64,000 nucleotides of DNA. Origin: Lytechinus pictus. Its lineage: Eukaryota. The position numbers were made by a program, and so were the translations under genes. The notes under the pieces are model-generated. The model worked only from the letters and a program-made list of their open reading frames with translations. It had not been told where the DNA came from and made no database searches. This document shows, in pieces, positions 27,013 through 41,620 of the stretch (position 1 is its first letter; each line of letters opens with the position of its first letter). The DNA lies in assembly GCF_037042905.1 (NCBI RefSeq), contig NC_087251.1, positions 1 to 64,000 of the forward strand. Reading direction: 5' to 3'.

Positions 27013-28801
27013 GGAGATTACCCTATATTCTTGAACATAGAGGTGGTCTGACTGGTGGCGGATTTCAATAGAAATGACCCCTTGATTGGTGGGGGTATTT
27101 CAATGGGAGATTACCACTTTGTCAGCGCGGGCGACTGTCTTGATACTTTGATGTTCCCCGATGTGTCTTCTATTCGAAAATCGTGTTTGCAACTAATCCC
27201 AATTATGAGACTATTTGGCATCAAAATGAAAGCCTAACAAAAAGAAAAAAAAAGAAGGGAAAAAAGAGAGGAGAAAAGGAATAGGGAAGGGAGGAAAGGG
27301 AAAAAAGGTAGCTTTGTGGTTTTTTTTTCTCAAAAGAGAAACTCCTTCACTCTTGCTCTAAATTTATATATGGATTTTGCTTCCGCGCTGCGCGCAGTTA
27401 AATGATAATATTGAAGTTCTCCATTGTTTCCCCCACCCTTTCTCTAACCCTGTTAAAGTTCAAATGTATACATTAGGGCATGGAATTAGAGTAAGGTTAG
27501 GCCGAAGTATATGAAGTTATCTTTTTTTTTTTTTTGATTGCGCAACTTCTGGACGGGTCGGCCCTTGGCGGGTAAAATCTTTATATCAATTACTGCCGTC
27601 ACCTCCATAAAGTAAACTTCTCCTGCTTTTCAGCTCATCACTAAACAACCATATTTTGGGGCAAACAGGTCCCTAATTTAAAAAGAGGAAGGTATAAAAT
27701 TCGTGTCGTATTAGATAGAAAAGTACAATATTTATTATCAAATTCTATTAAACTTCATGTCATTTCCCTGCACATTCATCTCCTGTCCTGTTTTGCGCAC
27801 TCAGTTTGGAATTTTGAATGACACTTACGGTTCTTTATAATTCAAAATGAAGCGCTCCAGGATAAGTCAAAGAAATAAGGCATCCTTTTTTATATAATTT
27901 CAATGAATCACAGAAGTTTCAACTTTTTGCGCACTATTTTCCTTGTAATGAAGTTCAATAATCTTATTGAATTAGACCTGATGGGGTATTAGAGATTTCT
28001 GCATTTGATGAAACGTCCGCCATTTGATACTTCAGAGTTTCATTGCTCTGCGCGGGGAGGAATATCTTCCTCCCGGCATATACACTTCTTCTCCTCTGTT
28101 TTGCGAGTTACGCACTATCGCTAAATTGTTTGTAATCAAATCTGATCTTTCCAAGGGAAGTATTCAATATGTCTTTGACAATACCCTTTTATCGGGACCC
28201 TTTTCATGGCAGAAACAAATTGAAAAAACGCTTTAGCCTCCGCGCTTCGCGCGGGGTTATTATTATTTTAATTTCCTCCATTGTATTCCTTTTTTATGCG
28301 TTCGCTCACAATCACTTTTGAAAACAAGGTTCATGAAAAAAGGTTCAAAATCACAATATTGTCAACTGAATTGGAGCTGATACTAGAGAGACGGCTCCTT
28401 TTCATTTTAATTTATGAAACACCAAAAGCTTCGCAAAGGGAGGGGGAAACTCCCCCTCCCTGCACCCACCCCCTAGGGAGCGCGCTTCGCGCGCTCCGTA
28501 GGTGTTGGCACGCTTCGCGTGCGATTACCGCCCCCTCCAAAATGAAATCCTGGCTACGCGGTTGTCTTCTTCCTATCAAAATTAATCTGCAATGTGTGTG
28601 TGTCAAATATTGCAAATTAGATTCCCAGTGTCTAAGGTAAACATAATTTACCGACGTAAAGTTAGTAATACGAAAGCCTCTTTGGCCTATAGTTTTCCTT
28701 CCAACTTTTTATTTCACCTCTTAATCGTATAGCTGCATTCTGTATAGCTTGCATATTTAAATATACAAAATAAAAATCAATAAACGTACAGGAAATGGTA
28801 A

Positions 28802-28929
28802 TACCTCGGTCACATTTGCTCTACGGCGGCCATACGGCGAGTCGAAAACAGAAACCTCCTATATTTAGCTGGTACAAAAACTTAAAACGACTGTTTTCGA
28901 CTCGCCTTAGAACAAATGTGACCGAGGTA
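28802..28929. mobile_element. Short internally deleted MITE
   Basis: TACCTCGGTCACATTTG...CAAATGTGACCGAGGTA TIR plus inner GGCGAGTCGAAAACAG/CTGTTTTCGACTCGCC inverted pair. Confidence 0.7.
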
Positions 28930-29112
28930 TTTGGCATACTAGGTCAACAAGGATGGAGTGCATGCGGGTGCGGATCCTGCCGGAGTAACACAATACAATC
29001 CAATAGGCGCCGTATAAACAATAGTTGGGCTGTCAAAAGTATTGTGGTCTATATTTTTACCTCTATAAAAAGAAGTCAGTGGGTCTATATTCTGCACCTG
29101 GAGGGTACAGAT

Positions 29113-29777
29113 ATGTAGTGAATCCGGGGGGGGGGGAAGCATCCGACCGGTGCGCCCCCCCCCCCCCCATTTGAAAGCCATTATCAATTTTGTTAATATA
29201 AATATGCCATTTCTATACAAGTTTGCCCCCTTTGAAACTCACCGCATGTATTTTAATGAGAATATGTCGTTCATACACAAGTAATGACGTTCACTTTTGC
29301 CTGGTAAACACCCATTTTCCAAATATATTTGGTTATTAAAATACACAGAGAGATGGTAGGCAAAGAATATAACTCGAATGTTCATATTAAGCGTATACCT
29401 ATAAAGAGGGAAGTTACATGCTTAATTAAAAATGTGTTGATAAAATATCAGTCGGAAGTTATGTTATAATCTGCTTAGCCAAACAGGTTTTTTAATATGT
29501 AATATTGCTCTTTATAAAGCCAAGTATCAAACTACATTAAATCTCGAAATGTTGAGAAACATAATGGAAACAATATTAAAATGCACATTACGAAAAGAAA
29601 CAAAATCAAGGTTCTAGTATGGGGACAAAACGAGCACAAGAAAACTACCCATTTGATGCTCATTTTAATTCCCCGAAAGCCGGACGTTGAAAATAAAATG
29701 GGTCAACGTATTGCAAGCTGTATTTAACGGCTTACCCCATTGTCAAGGTAGATTTAAATTACCCCATTCTTGATTGG
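29113..29777 (+). repeat. ~660-bp direct repeat, copy 2
   Basis: See copy 1 at 26351-27012. Confidence 0.9.
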
Positions 29778-32700
29778 AGCACAAAATGTTAATAATCAGA
29801 CAATAAAAAAATAAATCTTTACAGAACACTTTTTTTTAAATGATTTCAATTTCCGAGCTGAAATATGTTATGTGTATTGACTTCAAAATTTGATATTTTA
29901 AGTTCCATATGTGTAAATCACCTAAAAGGCAATGCGAGCGCGAAGCTTGAGCGAAAATGTTGTATAATGACATGAAATAATTTTAAAAAATTGTTTTCGA
30001 AGTCTTTCCCTCCTCTTATTTATTCAATAGTTTTCCTCCTCCTATGTTTTTTTTCTCTCCTCTCCTCTCATTTCCCTTTTTCCCTTTTTTTTTTTTTTTT
30101 GTCTTTCTTTCCCCCGGCTTTTTGCTCCGCCAATAGAGGAAGGAGGGAGGGGGCAAGCCCCTTGCCCCCCAGGATCCAACTCTGGAAAAATCTACCAGAA
30201 AGTTATAAACAGGCAGATTCAAAAGAGAAATTAAAATCCGTGTTAAAACTTTTTTTTTTTTTGGGGGGGGGGGGTTAAATAGCCTTTCCCGCCGCATTTG
30301 AAGCCCCTCTACGTTTTTCAGCCTACTGTGAACTGTGCAATTACTTTAATTTTTGGTGAAAATTAGATGGCCATCCATTCTCTCTCTTTTTAATCGAAAT
30401 ATAATCTATGTATTTCAGGATCATGATTATGAAAACCTTTTATAACAAAAATGATAAAGGAAAAACGCGTCTCAAGTTGTACATGGTTCATTGCTGCATA
30501 ATATACCAATCATCTTCATTTGTTAATATTCAATCATCAACATTATCACTGATATTATTATTCGCATTATCATGTCCGTTAATATCACTTCAAAGTTATG
30601 ATTACTATCATCATCACTGTTATCATCATCATCACCATCATCATTCATTCATTATATATTTCCAATCGTTCTCCAATATCAATTTTATATTTTATATAAT
30701 TAAAAATATATGAAAGATAATGGTAATGACTATGGTGATGCTGGTAATCATGAATATTAGATCCGTTACGTGAGATAATTTATGCGATTTTACACGCTAA
30801 TCGCTACTCGATGATGGTGAAAGAAATCTTTTAAATAGCACAAAAGAAGTCGGGGCGGTAGTTACTACACGTACTTTATTACACTATATTATTACCAAAG
30901 ATTCCCCATCGGACGGGCCAACGGTCTTTTGAAGTAGGTTCATCTAATCACGACAGCGGATATAGGGAATTAAAGTCTGTGAGCGTCTCCCATTGTTTTC
31001 TGTGGCGAACCCGCTGAGCATGCTATTGTAAATGATTCTCTACTATACGGGTGAGTGATCTTGCTTTTTCAAGATCATAGGCCTGGGCAAAAAAATATGA
31101 AAAGTTCTATGAGTATCAATGCCAAGCAATCCTGAAAGGTCAATAATGTTCAATTCTCTTGATGGAGAAGACTATAATTTATCATGGCCCTATTTGCTTT
31201 TGCTTTTAGGCCAGTAAGTGTACTAACTAATATAAATAATAATTACATTCCATTTATTTTAGAGTAATGATCTAATGTTGATGTTACCTATTCTACATTA
31301 TCTCCCTGCAGCTTTTTGTTACCATTTTGTCATCTTTTAATTTATTTCCCACCGTGCTTTTGCATTACATAGGCCTAGTTCGGAATGATTTGTTCTTTCT
31401 CAAATGTTTTTCTTTCGTACATTTTCCCGCTTTCCTTCCTTTTCCATTAAAAATGTTTTTTTCTTCGTTTTCTTTTCCCTTTCCCTTTCCTTTTCCTCCT
31501 TTCCTTTTCCCCTTTCCTTCCCCTTTCCCTTTCTTTCTACCTCCCTTTTATCTTTTTCCCGTTTTTCTTTTATTTTCCCGGTGAAATCCGCCAGGGGGGG
31601 GCAACTTGCCCCCCCCCCTGCCCCCCCCCCCCCCCCCGCCTGTTACGCCACTGGCTACGGCATGGTCTTCTGATTCGTGTGAAATTAAATCGACGGGTTG
31701 GCTCCCCCACAGTCATTCCAATCGGGCGGAACGGGTAATTATCATAGGTCCAAGAACTCATGGGCAATGGCAGAGCTAGGGAAGCGATCTGCAGATGTAA
31801 GAGGGTTTCCTGTTTGCAATTCTCCCACTCGATTTTTGTCACTTGTATTTCTTATTAATCTTTTTACCTCCTCATTTCTTTATTTCCTTGCATTAATTCT
31901 TCTTCCTTTTATCTTTGAATCTTTAATCCATTTTTCCGTCGCCGCAAATAGGAGCCCGCTTCAACCCCTATAATCATGTTGCTTTTGTTATCTTTCCTAT
32001 CCTGATAATTACTGATGTGGTATAAGTGCTATAGGTTCCTACATTAGCAATTCGATAACTATATTTCTTCGGTACACGATTTTCCCTTTCTCTTTCTCAT
32101 GTTTTTCTTAAATCTTAGTAGTTATTTTTTTTTTCTTCTCTCAATTTCTTTTCACTCATTTTCCTTTTTTATTCACTTATTTTGCTCTGTATATCTTTTC
32201 ATGAAATATTGCTAGAAGGGGTTCGCAATCAGATTAAAGTTGCGGCCAATTTAACTCCGAGCTTTTATGCTTCATTTTTCTTCATTCTCTTCTTGTTACC
32301 TGAATGAACAAAGAATAAAGAACCGTTTCAGCATGGCCACTCCATGTCTAATTCCCCTCTGTTCCCCTTTCACTCTTTCCCTTCCCCCCTTTATTTCTCC
32401 CCCATCGTCCACCAGCTCTCTCTACTTCTTTCCCCTTATTTTCTGTCTCTATCCATTTCCATATTATTTTGTCCCCCCCCCCTCTCCCGTTGATTATCGA
32501 TCCTAAAATTCTTCCCCTTTCAAATTTCCTTTTTTTTCTCTTTCAACTGTTTTCCTCCATATTTTTGTTCACCCTTCCTCTTCTTCCATCCCAATATTAT
32601 TTTCCTATTTCTCTCTGTTTCCCCTTCATTTTCTTTCCCTATGACTTGTTAGTTTTCTTCTTCCTCTTTTCACCTTCCCTTTTGGTCCCGCTTCTTTAAA

Positions 32701-33645
32701 ACAAGGAGATAAAGAAATTATCCCGGGGAAATGGTTGCCCGTCCAAAAATTGAACAAACTATTAAAAACAGTTTCTAATAAATCTTTGATATATCTATGC
32801 GTAATAGTGTCAAGCTGTTCCGGTCATATTTATTTTATCATTCTATTTCCTTCTGTCCTTTTTTTTTTGTGGGGGGGGGGGGGCTCCCGACATTTGTTTC
32901 AGATGCGAGTTATAATGAACATTACAAATTGACGTGAATTCTACGAATGGCTTAGGCCTACGAAACGAAAATGTGCGGAATCTTATTTTCCCACCTAAAA
33001 CATCATGAATTGACTCTCTTCCAATTGCAAAAAAAAGAGAGGTTTTCATGGTTATTGCAGCAAATTCGAAAGATCCGTATCGATTTATGACACGTGTGTG
33101 ATTTTTTATTAAGCTACCGTGGCTTTATGAATGCACCCGAACTTCCATTACAGACATGATAGATGCGAACCACAGTTCAGAACAGTGACCCGAACTCTCC
33201 GATCCGACAGTCAATATGAAGGCACGCATTTGTTTTGGTCGTAGAGGGAGCTATTTAGAATAGATTCTTCGGTATTTCGACAGGAATTAAGACTTGCAGG
33301 AAAGACGAACAAAAGAACGGTGGCATCAATGGGCCTTTGATGGCGGCCGTTCCTTTGAAGAGAAGGGAACGTTGGGCAGGAAAGCCGAAGCGAAAACCCG
33401 GATGCAGGAAAGACGGTATAGAACGGTGCATGGACTTTTGACAAGCTCCCTTAGGGTCCCTGGCCCCCGGGGTAGTAGGCGAAAAGGAGGCGGCAATAAG
33501 GGGAAGGAAAGAAAAAAAAAGAAAAATGGAGAGAAAAAGAGGGAAAAGAGGGAGGATAGAGAGAAGATATAAAGGAGAGGGAAGGGGGTGAAAGGGGGGG
33601 GAGGGGAAAGAGAGAAAAAAGGCGAACAAAAAGGAAGAGAGAGAG

Positions 33646-34342
33646 AGGGTGCCAAATTGAGCTGTAATGAGGGGGCGCCAAACTGACTTTAAACTTTGGA
33701 GGGAGCGCCAAATTGATGTTCTACCTAGTGGGCACCGAAATGATATTCAACGGGGGGGGGGGGCGCCGCCAAATTGATATTCCACTGGGGGCGTCAAACT
33801 GACATGTAACGGGGGCACCAAACAGACCTTAAACTTGGGGGCGCCAAATTGATGTTTGACCTGGGGGACGCCAAATTGACTTTCAATTCTTTTTTTCAAT
33901 TCTTTTATTTCATTTCCATTCAAAACATAATACAAAGTAATATAAAGTAATACAAATCAAGTACAATTTTACAGAAGGGCATTCTTACTTCGTAAAAAAA
34001 ACAGAAAATAACGGTATAATATAGAGCATAAATGGAAATGAGGGGGATCCACTAAAAAGCAAATCTTGTAAATTGTGGATCCCCCTTGGACCTTAAACTT
34101 AGGGGCGACAAATTGTCCTGTAAGGAGGGCGTGCTGAACTGACCTTAAACATGGGGGCGTCAAATTGATGTTCCACATAAGGGGCGCCAAATTGATGTTC
34201 GACCTTCGAGGGGGGGGGGCACCAAATTGATATTGGATCTAGGGGGCGCCAAATTTACCTTAAACACAGGGGCGTCAAGTTGATGTTCCACCTAGGTACG
34301 GTAAGTTATGTTGTTCGACCTAGGGGGCGTCAAATTCACCTG
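33646..34342 (+). repeat. ~29-bp minisatellite in two blocks
   Basis: GGGGGCG(C/T)CAAA(T/C)TGA(TGTTCCACCT/CCTTAAAC) units at 33646-33880 and ~34085-34342. Confidence 0.8.
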
Positions 34343-34385
<43 letters not shown>

Positions 34386-34521
34386 CCAAAGGATGGAAAA
34401 GAAAATTTTCCTCTTTTCTAACTGAGCCTATACATGTCATTTCCTTTCCTCTTTTTTTTTATGTTTTATTGAAATAAATCAATATAATTACATATTTACA
34501 CGATTGGAATGAGTCGAAATA

Positions 34522-37500
34522 CAGTGCCGGCCGCGGGAAACGTCACAGTGCCCCCTAGGGCGAACGCGGTAGCCCGTAGCGGACATTTGAGGGGAGCGGA
34601 CGAGGGAAGACGCCCGCGTCCGCTCCCCTAGGACATGAGTGCCCTCGGGGAGCGCCCGCGTCTATCCTAGGGTGTTTCCCTAGGATGTTCTGCCGTGCAT
34701 TCTTGGTCGAAAGAGGTGGTCTGATTTGACACATTCGTTCAAGACTGCATGTGATTTTTATCTCATATCAAGCATAAGTTTTCGATCATTTATCGTGGAT
34801 AAAATCTGTTATGAAAATTACAAAGTTTTGGGTTGATAACTGGGGTTTTAGGCTTTTTCACCGAATGACTTATTGTGTTCGATTACACACTGGCACCAGC
34901 GTAAAGGGTCCATTCCTATGAATATTCTTCCCGTGGTGTCCGTTATTTCATTCACTGACACGGTTAGCCGTGATCGTAAATGAGTTTCTGACAAAGGAGC
35001 AGGTATTTGTCGATTTTGACCCTACATTCAGGAGGTCGTCCTAGAACTATTTACTCTATTCTTTCCCTGCATGGTCATCCTTTTTTTATATACCCTGACA
35101 TGCCTTTCAGGCGCGGATCTACGAGATGCAGATAAAAGGGAGAAGAAGAAAGCAAAAATGAAAGAAAATGCGAAAAGGAAGGGATGGATTGAAGACGAGA
35201 AGGAAAGAGATAAGAGAAATAGAACAAGTGAGAGAAGGGGAAAGGGAAGAAAGAGAAAATAGAGGGGGGGGCGAATAGGAGAAAGAGGGAGAGGGGGTAA
35301 AGAAAAGAAATAAGATAAAGGTGAAATGGAGAAGAAAACAGAGGGGATGAAAAAAGGGAAGGTGAGACAGAAAGAAAAGAGGGAAAAAGAGAAAAGGAAA
35401 ATAGATTGAAAATCGAAGGGGAGAAGAAGAGACAAAGGAAGAAAAGGAAGAAGGACATAATGAGAAAGAGAGAAGGATAAGGAGGGAAAATTAAATAAAG
35501 TGAAAAAGGGAGACATAATAAAATGGAGTAAAAAGGTGGAGGAGGGAAGAGAAGGAAGGGTGCAGGAAAAGGTAAGAAGTACAGGGGACAAAAGAAGTGG
35601 GACTTAAGAAAAAGTAGAGGAAAAGAGAGAAAGCGGGAAGAAAAATTTGGGAAATTGTCCAGTTTATCATGTCAGAAAATACTTTAGTTATTCGCATCTG
35701 CCCATTTTTACGCTGATGACAAATATTGAACATTCTTGCGCTCAATCTTGTAATTATTTTCTCTCACCATGCTCACAATTCCTGCTCTCGTTGCATCAAT
35801 TAAAAACTTGTCCCGAATTAACATCCGCTCATTCAAGAAAGAAGAAAGAAAAAGGAAAGAAAAAGGAAAAAACGAAGGGATGGAAGGAAAATAGAAAAAG
35901 TGAGAGAAGGAGAAGGGAGCGAAGAAATGAAGGGGAAAAGGGAGAAAGAGAAAATAGGGGGGCTTATTGTTTCATGGTAATATGGATACCCTATAGTTCT
36001 GCAGTACTTAGTTATGAAACTTGTTTTACTCAGTAATGCTCACGCGTGATGATTAAAGGGATTTTCGACTATATAGAGGTGAACCGGGACGGGGCTTTCA
36101 TTCATTAACTTGGCTTGACTAACTCCTTTGTTCCCCGGAAAGAATTGTTAGGTTTGATAGTTAGCGTTTGCGTGAGCACCCACCAAAACTCTTAACAAAA
36201 GAAAAGAATGGTTTGTATAGCTCCATTCTTGCTTTGTCGGCAAGTGATAATTAACTCGTTAAGTACCCATTCCACACACTACGTCATAGTAGCTTTCGAA
36301 AACATACTTTTACTTGGGTATGTGTTTAAACATTGAAGCTAAATGTGCTAAAAAAAATAAATAGTTACATTATGTAAATAGCTTTTGTTGCTTTGCTCTG
36401 AAGCGCATTGAGCATCCAATCAAGATGGAAAGTGTGCTTTACAAATATCATGTATTATTATTTTTAGCTGCCATATAACACTGAATTCTGTATTATACCA
36501 AGTTGTGACTTGGTTTTATCATTTCCAATTCATATAACAAAATATATTTCGAAGGAAAATCTTGCTTTACTGAAAAAAAAAATGTTTATAACTTTAATTG
36601 ATGTCCGACTAATCTATCAATATAAAACCGCAGTTCGTAAATATGATAGTTTAATATTAACTCCGACGTCAAATATTTGTGTTATTATCATCATGTATGT
36701 ATATCAGGGATATTAATATTCGTTTTAATCCCATCTATAATTTTGTATAAAATTACGCGAAATATATGCGTTGTTCTCATCATGAAGCTGGAACCCCTCT
36801 TCTTGCTTCTCCTTTATTATTTCCACCACTTTCATCTCTTCCCAATTCGAATATCTACCAATGTAACTTAAAAACCGCAATAGAGAGCTGTTAATGTGAT
36901 AAGATGTTTTAGCAAAAAGATAAATCTGTTACATCTGTTACATTGAGGTAAATTTATACTTTTATAGGGTGAGGGTTTTAGAGACCCGATTTGAACCGAA
37001 ATGAAAAGAATATCCTCATTTATTGTTGCTAACGCATCAACAAATTAATCCCCCCCCCCCCCCATTTCTATGAACATCCTGTCATAAATTGGGAAGCGGA
37101 TGTGATCAAAGGAGATCAAAGGTGTGGGGTGGGGAGCAAGACTCTACCAGACTATTGACAATAACAAAAGAACCAAATAACAAATCGATGAGCACAACCA
37201 GTTTTGCTGGCGTTCGCTTTTGCACGTCTACTTTGTATGATCTTGGTCATACTAGTATTCGTTTTCAACGTACCTTTCATTCCCTTTATTAGGGTTTTAT
37301 CAACCATGTCAACGAATTGACGATCCCAATATTGACCGCACGTTTGTTTTAACATAATGAGAATTCGCAAATGCCCTTGATATTCATAATTCTATTTTAT
37401 TTTAAGTTTGTCATTAATGTTTGTTAACATTCACTCTGTTAATAACTTTTCAATTTTGATTTACCAAAAAAATCAAGTCTGCTTATTATTGTCTTTTATC

Positions 37501-38716
37501 TATTAAATTTTTTTTTTTTTTTGATATGCCTTTCTTTCTTCTTTCCTAATTCCACCCTGTGCACCCCATTAAAACTCAATGAAGAATGTTTCAAATGTTA
37601 TCTAGTTCTTACACTGTTCATAAGGAGATGGGATTATGTGTATAGTTCACGCTGAAGGGAGAGGAATTGGTACGTATGGGAAAAAAAACTTATCCCAAAA
37701 GATAGAGAATTGATCTCCATGACATTAAATCACAATTGTGTCCTATTTTTTAAAACAAGTTTGTATGATACATGTATGTCTCCCACGTAAGGCGTAAGGA
37801 AAAAAGTTTACCTAATGCATCAAATTAGATTAATTGTTTAGATTCATTGCGGTAAAAGAAAAATAATAAATTCGATGTTCCAGCCAGGGTGACCAGATTT
37901 CACAAAATTAAATACGGGACAATCGACAAAGTACTATGTACCATCGGATCGACCGAGCCAGGCCAAAAAATCAACAAAAAGGCTACACAATGTTAGACTT
38001 GTTAATGTAATATATTAAGAAAGGGGAAGGGAGGGTGAGCAGAAGAAAGAAAAGAGAAAAAAATGAGGAAACAAGAAATGATTTGAGAGGAAAGAAAAAA
38101 TAAGGAAAAATTAAAAGGAAAAAAGTTTGAATAAAAGGATGAAAGAAAGAATAAAAGACAGATAACGGTTTCCGTCATTACTTGAAATGAATAAAGAAAG
38201 AAAGAATTAAAATAAAGGAAGGAAAGATGAATAAATGTTTGAAAGAAAAAACATAAGGAGAGAAAAGAGAAAGAAAGAAAAAGAATTCCTTCATTATTTA
38301 AAAGAAACAAAGACAGAAGAAAACAGGAAGGAATCAAAGAAAGAAGAAAGGGAAAGAAGGAATAAGGGAAAAGAATTAAAAAGGGAAAACGTAACTTAAA
38401 AAATGAAAGAAAAGAAAACAAATAGCATCTAAAAAAAAAAATAATAATCTACAATAGATTCCAATCACGCTACTTTAAAAACATAATGGTCTATCACAAG
38501 ATAACCAAAGTACATGCACATGTAAACATAATGCATGGTACGTATCCTAGGGTTCCCTAGGATAAGTGCGGGCACGGCCAATATTATAGAGCACGCAGGA
38601 GACTGCGGGCGCGGCTAAACGCCCTAGTCTGCTCCCCTTGAATACCCTCGGTTAGACGCGAAAGCCCCCTAGGGTGTTTGCGTGCTCGGGCGTGACGTTT
38701 CCGGAGGCGGGCACTG
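34522..38716. mobile_element. 4.2-kb TA-flanked DNA transposon nested in the 21-kb element
   Basis: Imperfect TIRs CAGTGCCGGCCGCGGGAAACGTCAC and GTGACGTTTCCGGAGGCGGGCACTG, TA on both sides, GC-rich subterminal regions with repeated CCCTAGG. No transposase recognised. Confidence 0.7.
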
Positions 38717-39299
38717 TACGTACATAATGTACAAGGTAATTTCCTCTTTATCTTCCCACTTTTCTTCCTTTTCTTTTACTTTTCTGTCATCCACCTCTCT
38801 CTTATGTTTCATATTTTTTTCCAAATATATACCCTTTTTTCTTTTATTTTTTGTCTTCTTGTTCTCTTCCGTGTTCCCATTTTTATTTTCCCTTTTTTTT
38901 TTTTTTTTTTTTTGGGGGGGGGGGGTGGTGACGCCTATCAGTCCCTAGATCTGTTATCCATCTTTATCCTGTTCGTTCCCCTTTTCCTTACCCCTCCTCT
39001 CCCCCCCCCCCTATTTCTATCTCTATCTCTCTCTCTCTCTCTCTTCCTCATGAGGGGCAGGCGAAGGGGATACCCCTCCAGTTTCACTGGATCCGTTTCT
39101 TTATCTTCAAATTCTCTCTCCCATTTACCTTTTTCTTTATGTCTTATATCTTCCTTTTATGTTTGTCTTTTTTCCGGGGGGGGGTAATGGCTCCTCTGGA
39201 CCCCGGATCCGTTTGTCTTCTTTCTCTTTTTATTATTATTATTTTTTTTTTTTTTTTTGGGGGGGGATCCCCGGATACGTTTCCCTTTCTTTAACTCTT

Positions 39300-40952
39300 T
39301 TTTTTTAACACAGTGTTAATATGCTTTGTCCATTTCATAAGTGGGTCAATAGTAACTCCAAGATATTTTAATCTATCTACGTTTTCCAATTTTAGATTTT
39401 TAGATGATATATGAATTTTACATATATTTTTTTTATTTTCTGTACTGAGTCAAATACCATAACTTTGGTTTTGTCGACGTTAATATACATTTCGTTTTTG
39501 TCCAACCACTCATTAATCATATCAAACTGTGATTGTAAATAATGTTCCAAATTCTCTTCAGTTTTTGTTTTACAAAATATTACCGTATCATCAGCATATA
39601 AAGCGAGTTTTGAAGATGGTATAAAATCTATATTGGCAATATCATTTATGAAAATACTAAAAATCAATGGGCAAAGGGTTGAACCCTGATGGATTCCTGT
39701 TTTACTATTAACGAATCACTTAAAGTACTATTTATTCAAACACGTTGTATCCTGCCTGTGATGTATGATTTAAACCAATTATATTCATTTTCTTTTATGC
39801 CATAGCATGACAATTTCTTTAACAGTTTCTCATGCGGTATAACATGGAATGCTTTACGGAGGTCTAAAAACACACCACCTATTATAAACCCACTGTTAAT
39901 ATTTTTAATATATTCTGAAATATCAAGAAGGCAAGAAATGGTCGAGTGGAAATAAAGGCCGAAAACATGATTGGTTGTCAGCAGTGGCGTACCTATGATT
40001 TTTCAAGGGGGGGGGGTCAAATTCGTCCGCCAAAAAAATTGACATGCAAAGAAAAAAAAGGTCTTCAATCACAAATAAAGGATTTCGCACCAGAAAAAAA
40101 AATTGACAAGCAAAAAAAAAAAAAAGTTTTCTAGTTCAAAGGAGCGGTCCACTTGTGGCTCGTCAGGGATCAGTTGTGACTCGTCGTGGGGGGGGGGGGG
40201 CAGGGATACATCCCTTGCATGGGTTGTGACTCGTCAGAGTGGCAGTCTGCCCCCTCTGCCCCCCCCCCCCCCCCCCGTAGGTACGCTAATGGTTATCAGT
40301 CAATAGAGGATGCTCATTTAAATACTCATATAACTGTTGGTGAATTCGTTTTTCTAATATTTTACTTGGTATTGACAAAATAGATAATTATGGGTCTATA
40401 ATTCATCGGTTGAGTCTTATCGCCACTTTTATATATGGGTATTATTTTTGATAGTTTAAAATCATTGGGTACACTGCCTGTTTTAAGTGAAGAGTTATAT
40501 ATATATATGTTAGTGGTTTAACAATGATAATAGCAGCAAATTTTAACAACGTAGGATGTAAGCCATCAAGACCGTATAGGCTTTACGCGTATCAATACTA
40601 TTCAGTTCTTTTAATACAAAATCCTCTGTAATATCTGAAAAAGAAAAGGTATCCTATGTGGTTGGTACATTTTGCATATAGTTGTCATCAGTATGTACAT
40701 CATGTTGGCTTTGCGTACTGGAGCCCTTTATTTTATCTGCGAAACTATTAAACATTTGATTTAATACATTACCAATTTCTACATTGTTTTCGATTTTCAC
40801 ACTTTCATGTTCTATCTTAAAAAATTATTTCAGACTCCGACTTTTTGGCTTGTAGGAGTTCTTTTATTACTTTCCATTTTTGTTTTAGATCATTTTTCGC
40901 GAAATCTTTGAATTTGTTACAATAATATTCCCGTTTCGACTTTTTGTTCCTA

Positions 40953-41008
<56 letters not shown>

Positions 41009-41150
41009 ATTTATTATATATTTATTATATTCTTTCCAAAAATATTCAATTTTTTTATATCAAAAGTACATTTGCATTTATCAAATTTTGCTTTGATCTC
41101 TATCTCTTGAAAGTAACAAATAATCATCTGTTATGAAATGTTTACTTAGA
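39300..41150 (-). mobile_element. Heavily decayed LINE RT fragment
   Basis: GVFLDLRKAF (~39850-39880), GIHQGSTLCPLIFSIFINDI (~39640-39700), LYADD (~39590) and INVDKTKVM. Interrupted by a MITE. Confidence 0.85.
39982..40291. mobile_element. hAT-like MITE
   Basis: CAGTGGCGTACCT...AGGTACGCTAATG; 8-bp TSD GTTGTCAG/GTTATCAG. Confidence 0.8.
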
Positions 41151-41620
41151 AACACATTATTCTTCAAGATTACCAATAGTGTATAGAGTGTCCAGTTTGA
41201 GGTCGGAAAATCAATTTTTTAACTCGCACTTCGAGAACGCGTCGATTGTTGAGATAATCATACTCATGATTGCAAATAATGCTCATAACCTCTAGTTTTC
41301 ATCTCAGAAAATAGGAAATTATTAATAATAAATTATAATATTTAGGGAGGATTTTTCTTGCAAAAAGGTTTTAGACTGCTGAGGTTGACTATATTGAAAC
41401 AGAGAAAAAAAAATAACCGACGCACCTTTATGGGGGGGGGGGGCACGTGCACGTGGCCCCAACAAATTTCGTGTGCCCCCAGGTGCCCCCCTAAAAATTT
41501 GATGGATGCCAAAAAAAAGCGGAAACAATCATATTCATTTTAGACTTTTTATTGTGTCAAAAATTTCCTTCGTAAAAGATTTCCTTCTTCGATTAACATC
41601 ACCTGCCCTCTTGTATGGCG

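Noticed and set aside
26351..29777. LTR retrotransposon interpretation of the direct repeats
   Set aside because: No TG..CA termini, TSD, PBS or gag/pol remnants.
35028..38421. Hydrophobic F/L/S-rich ORFs, also at ~30-33 kb
   Set aside because: Derived from purine/pyrimidine low-complexity tracts.
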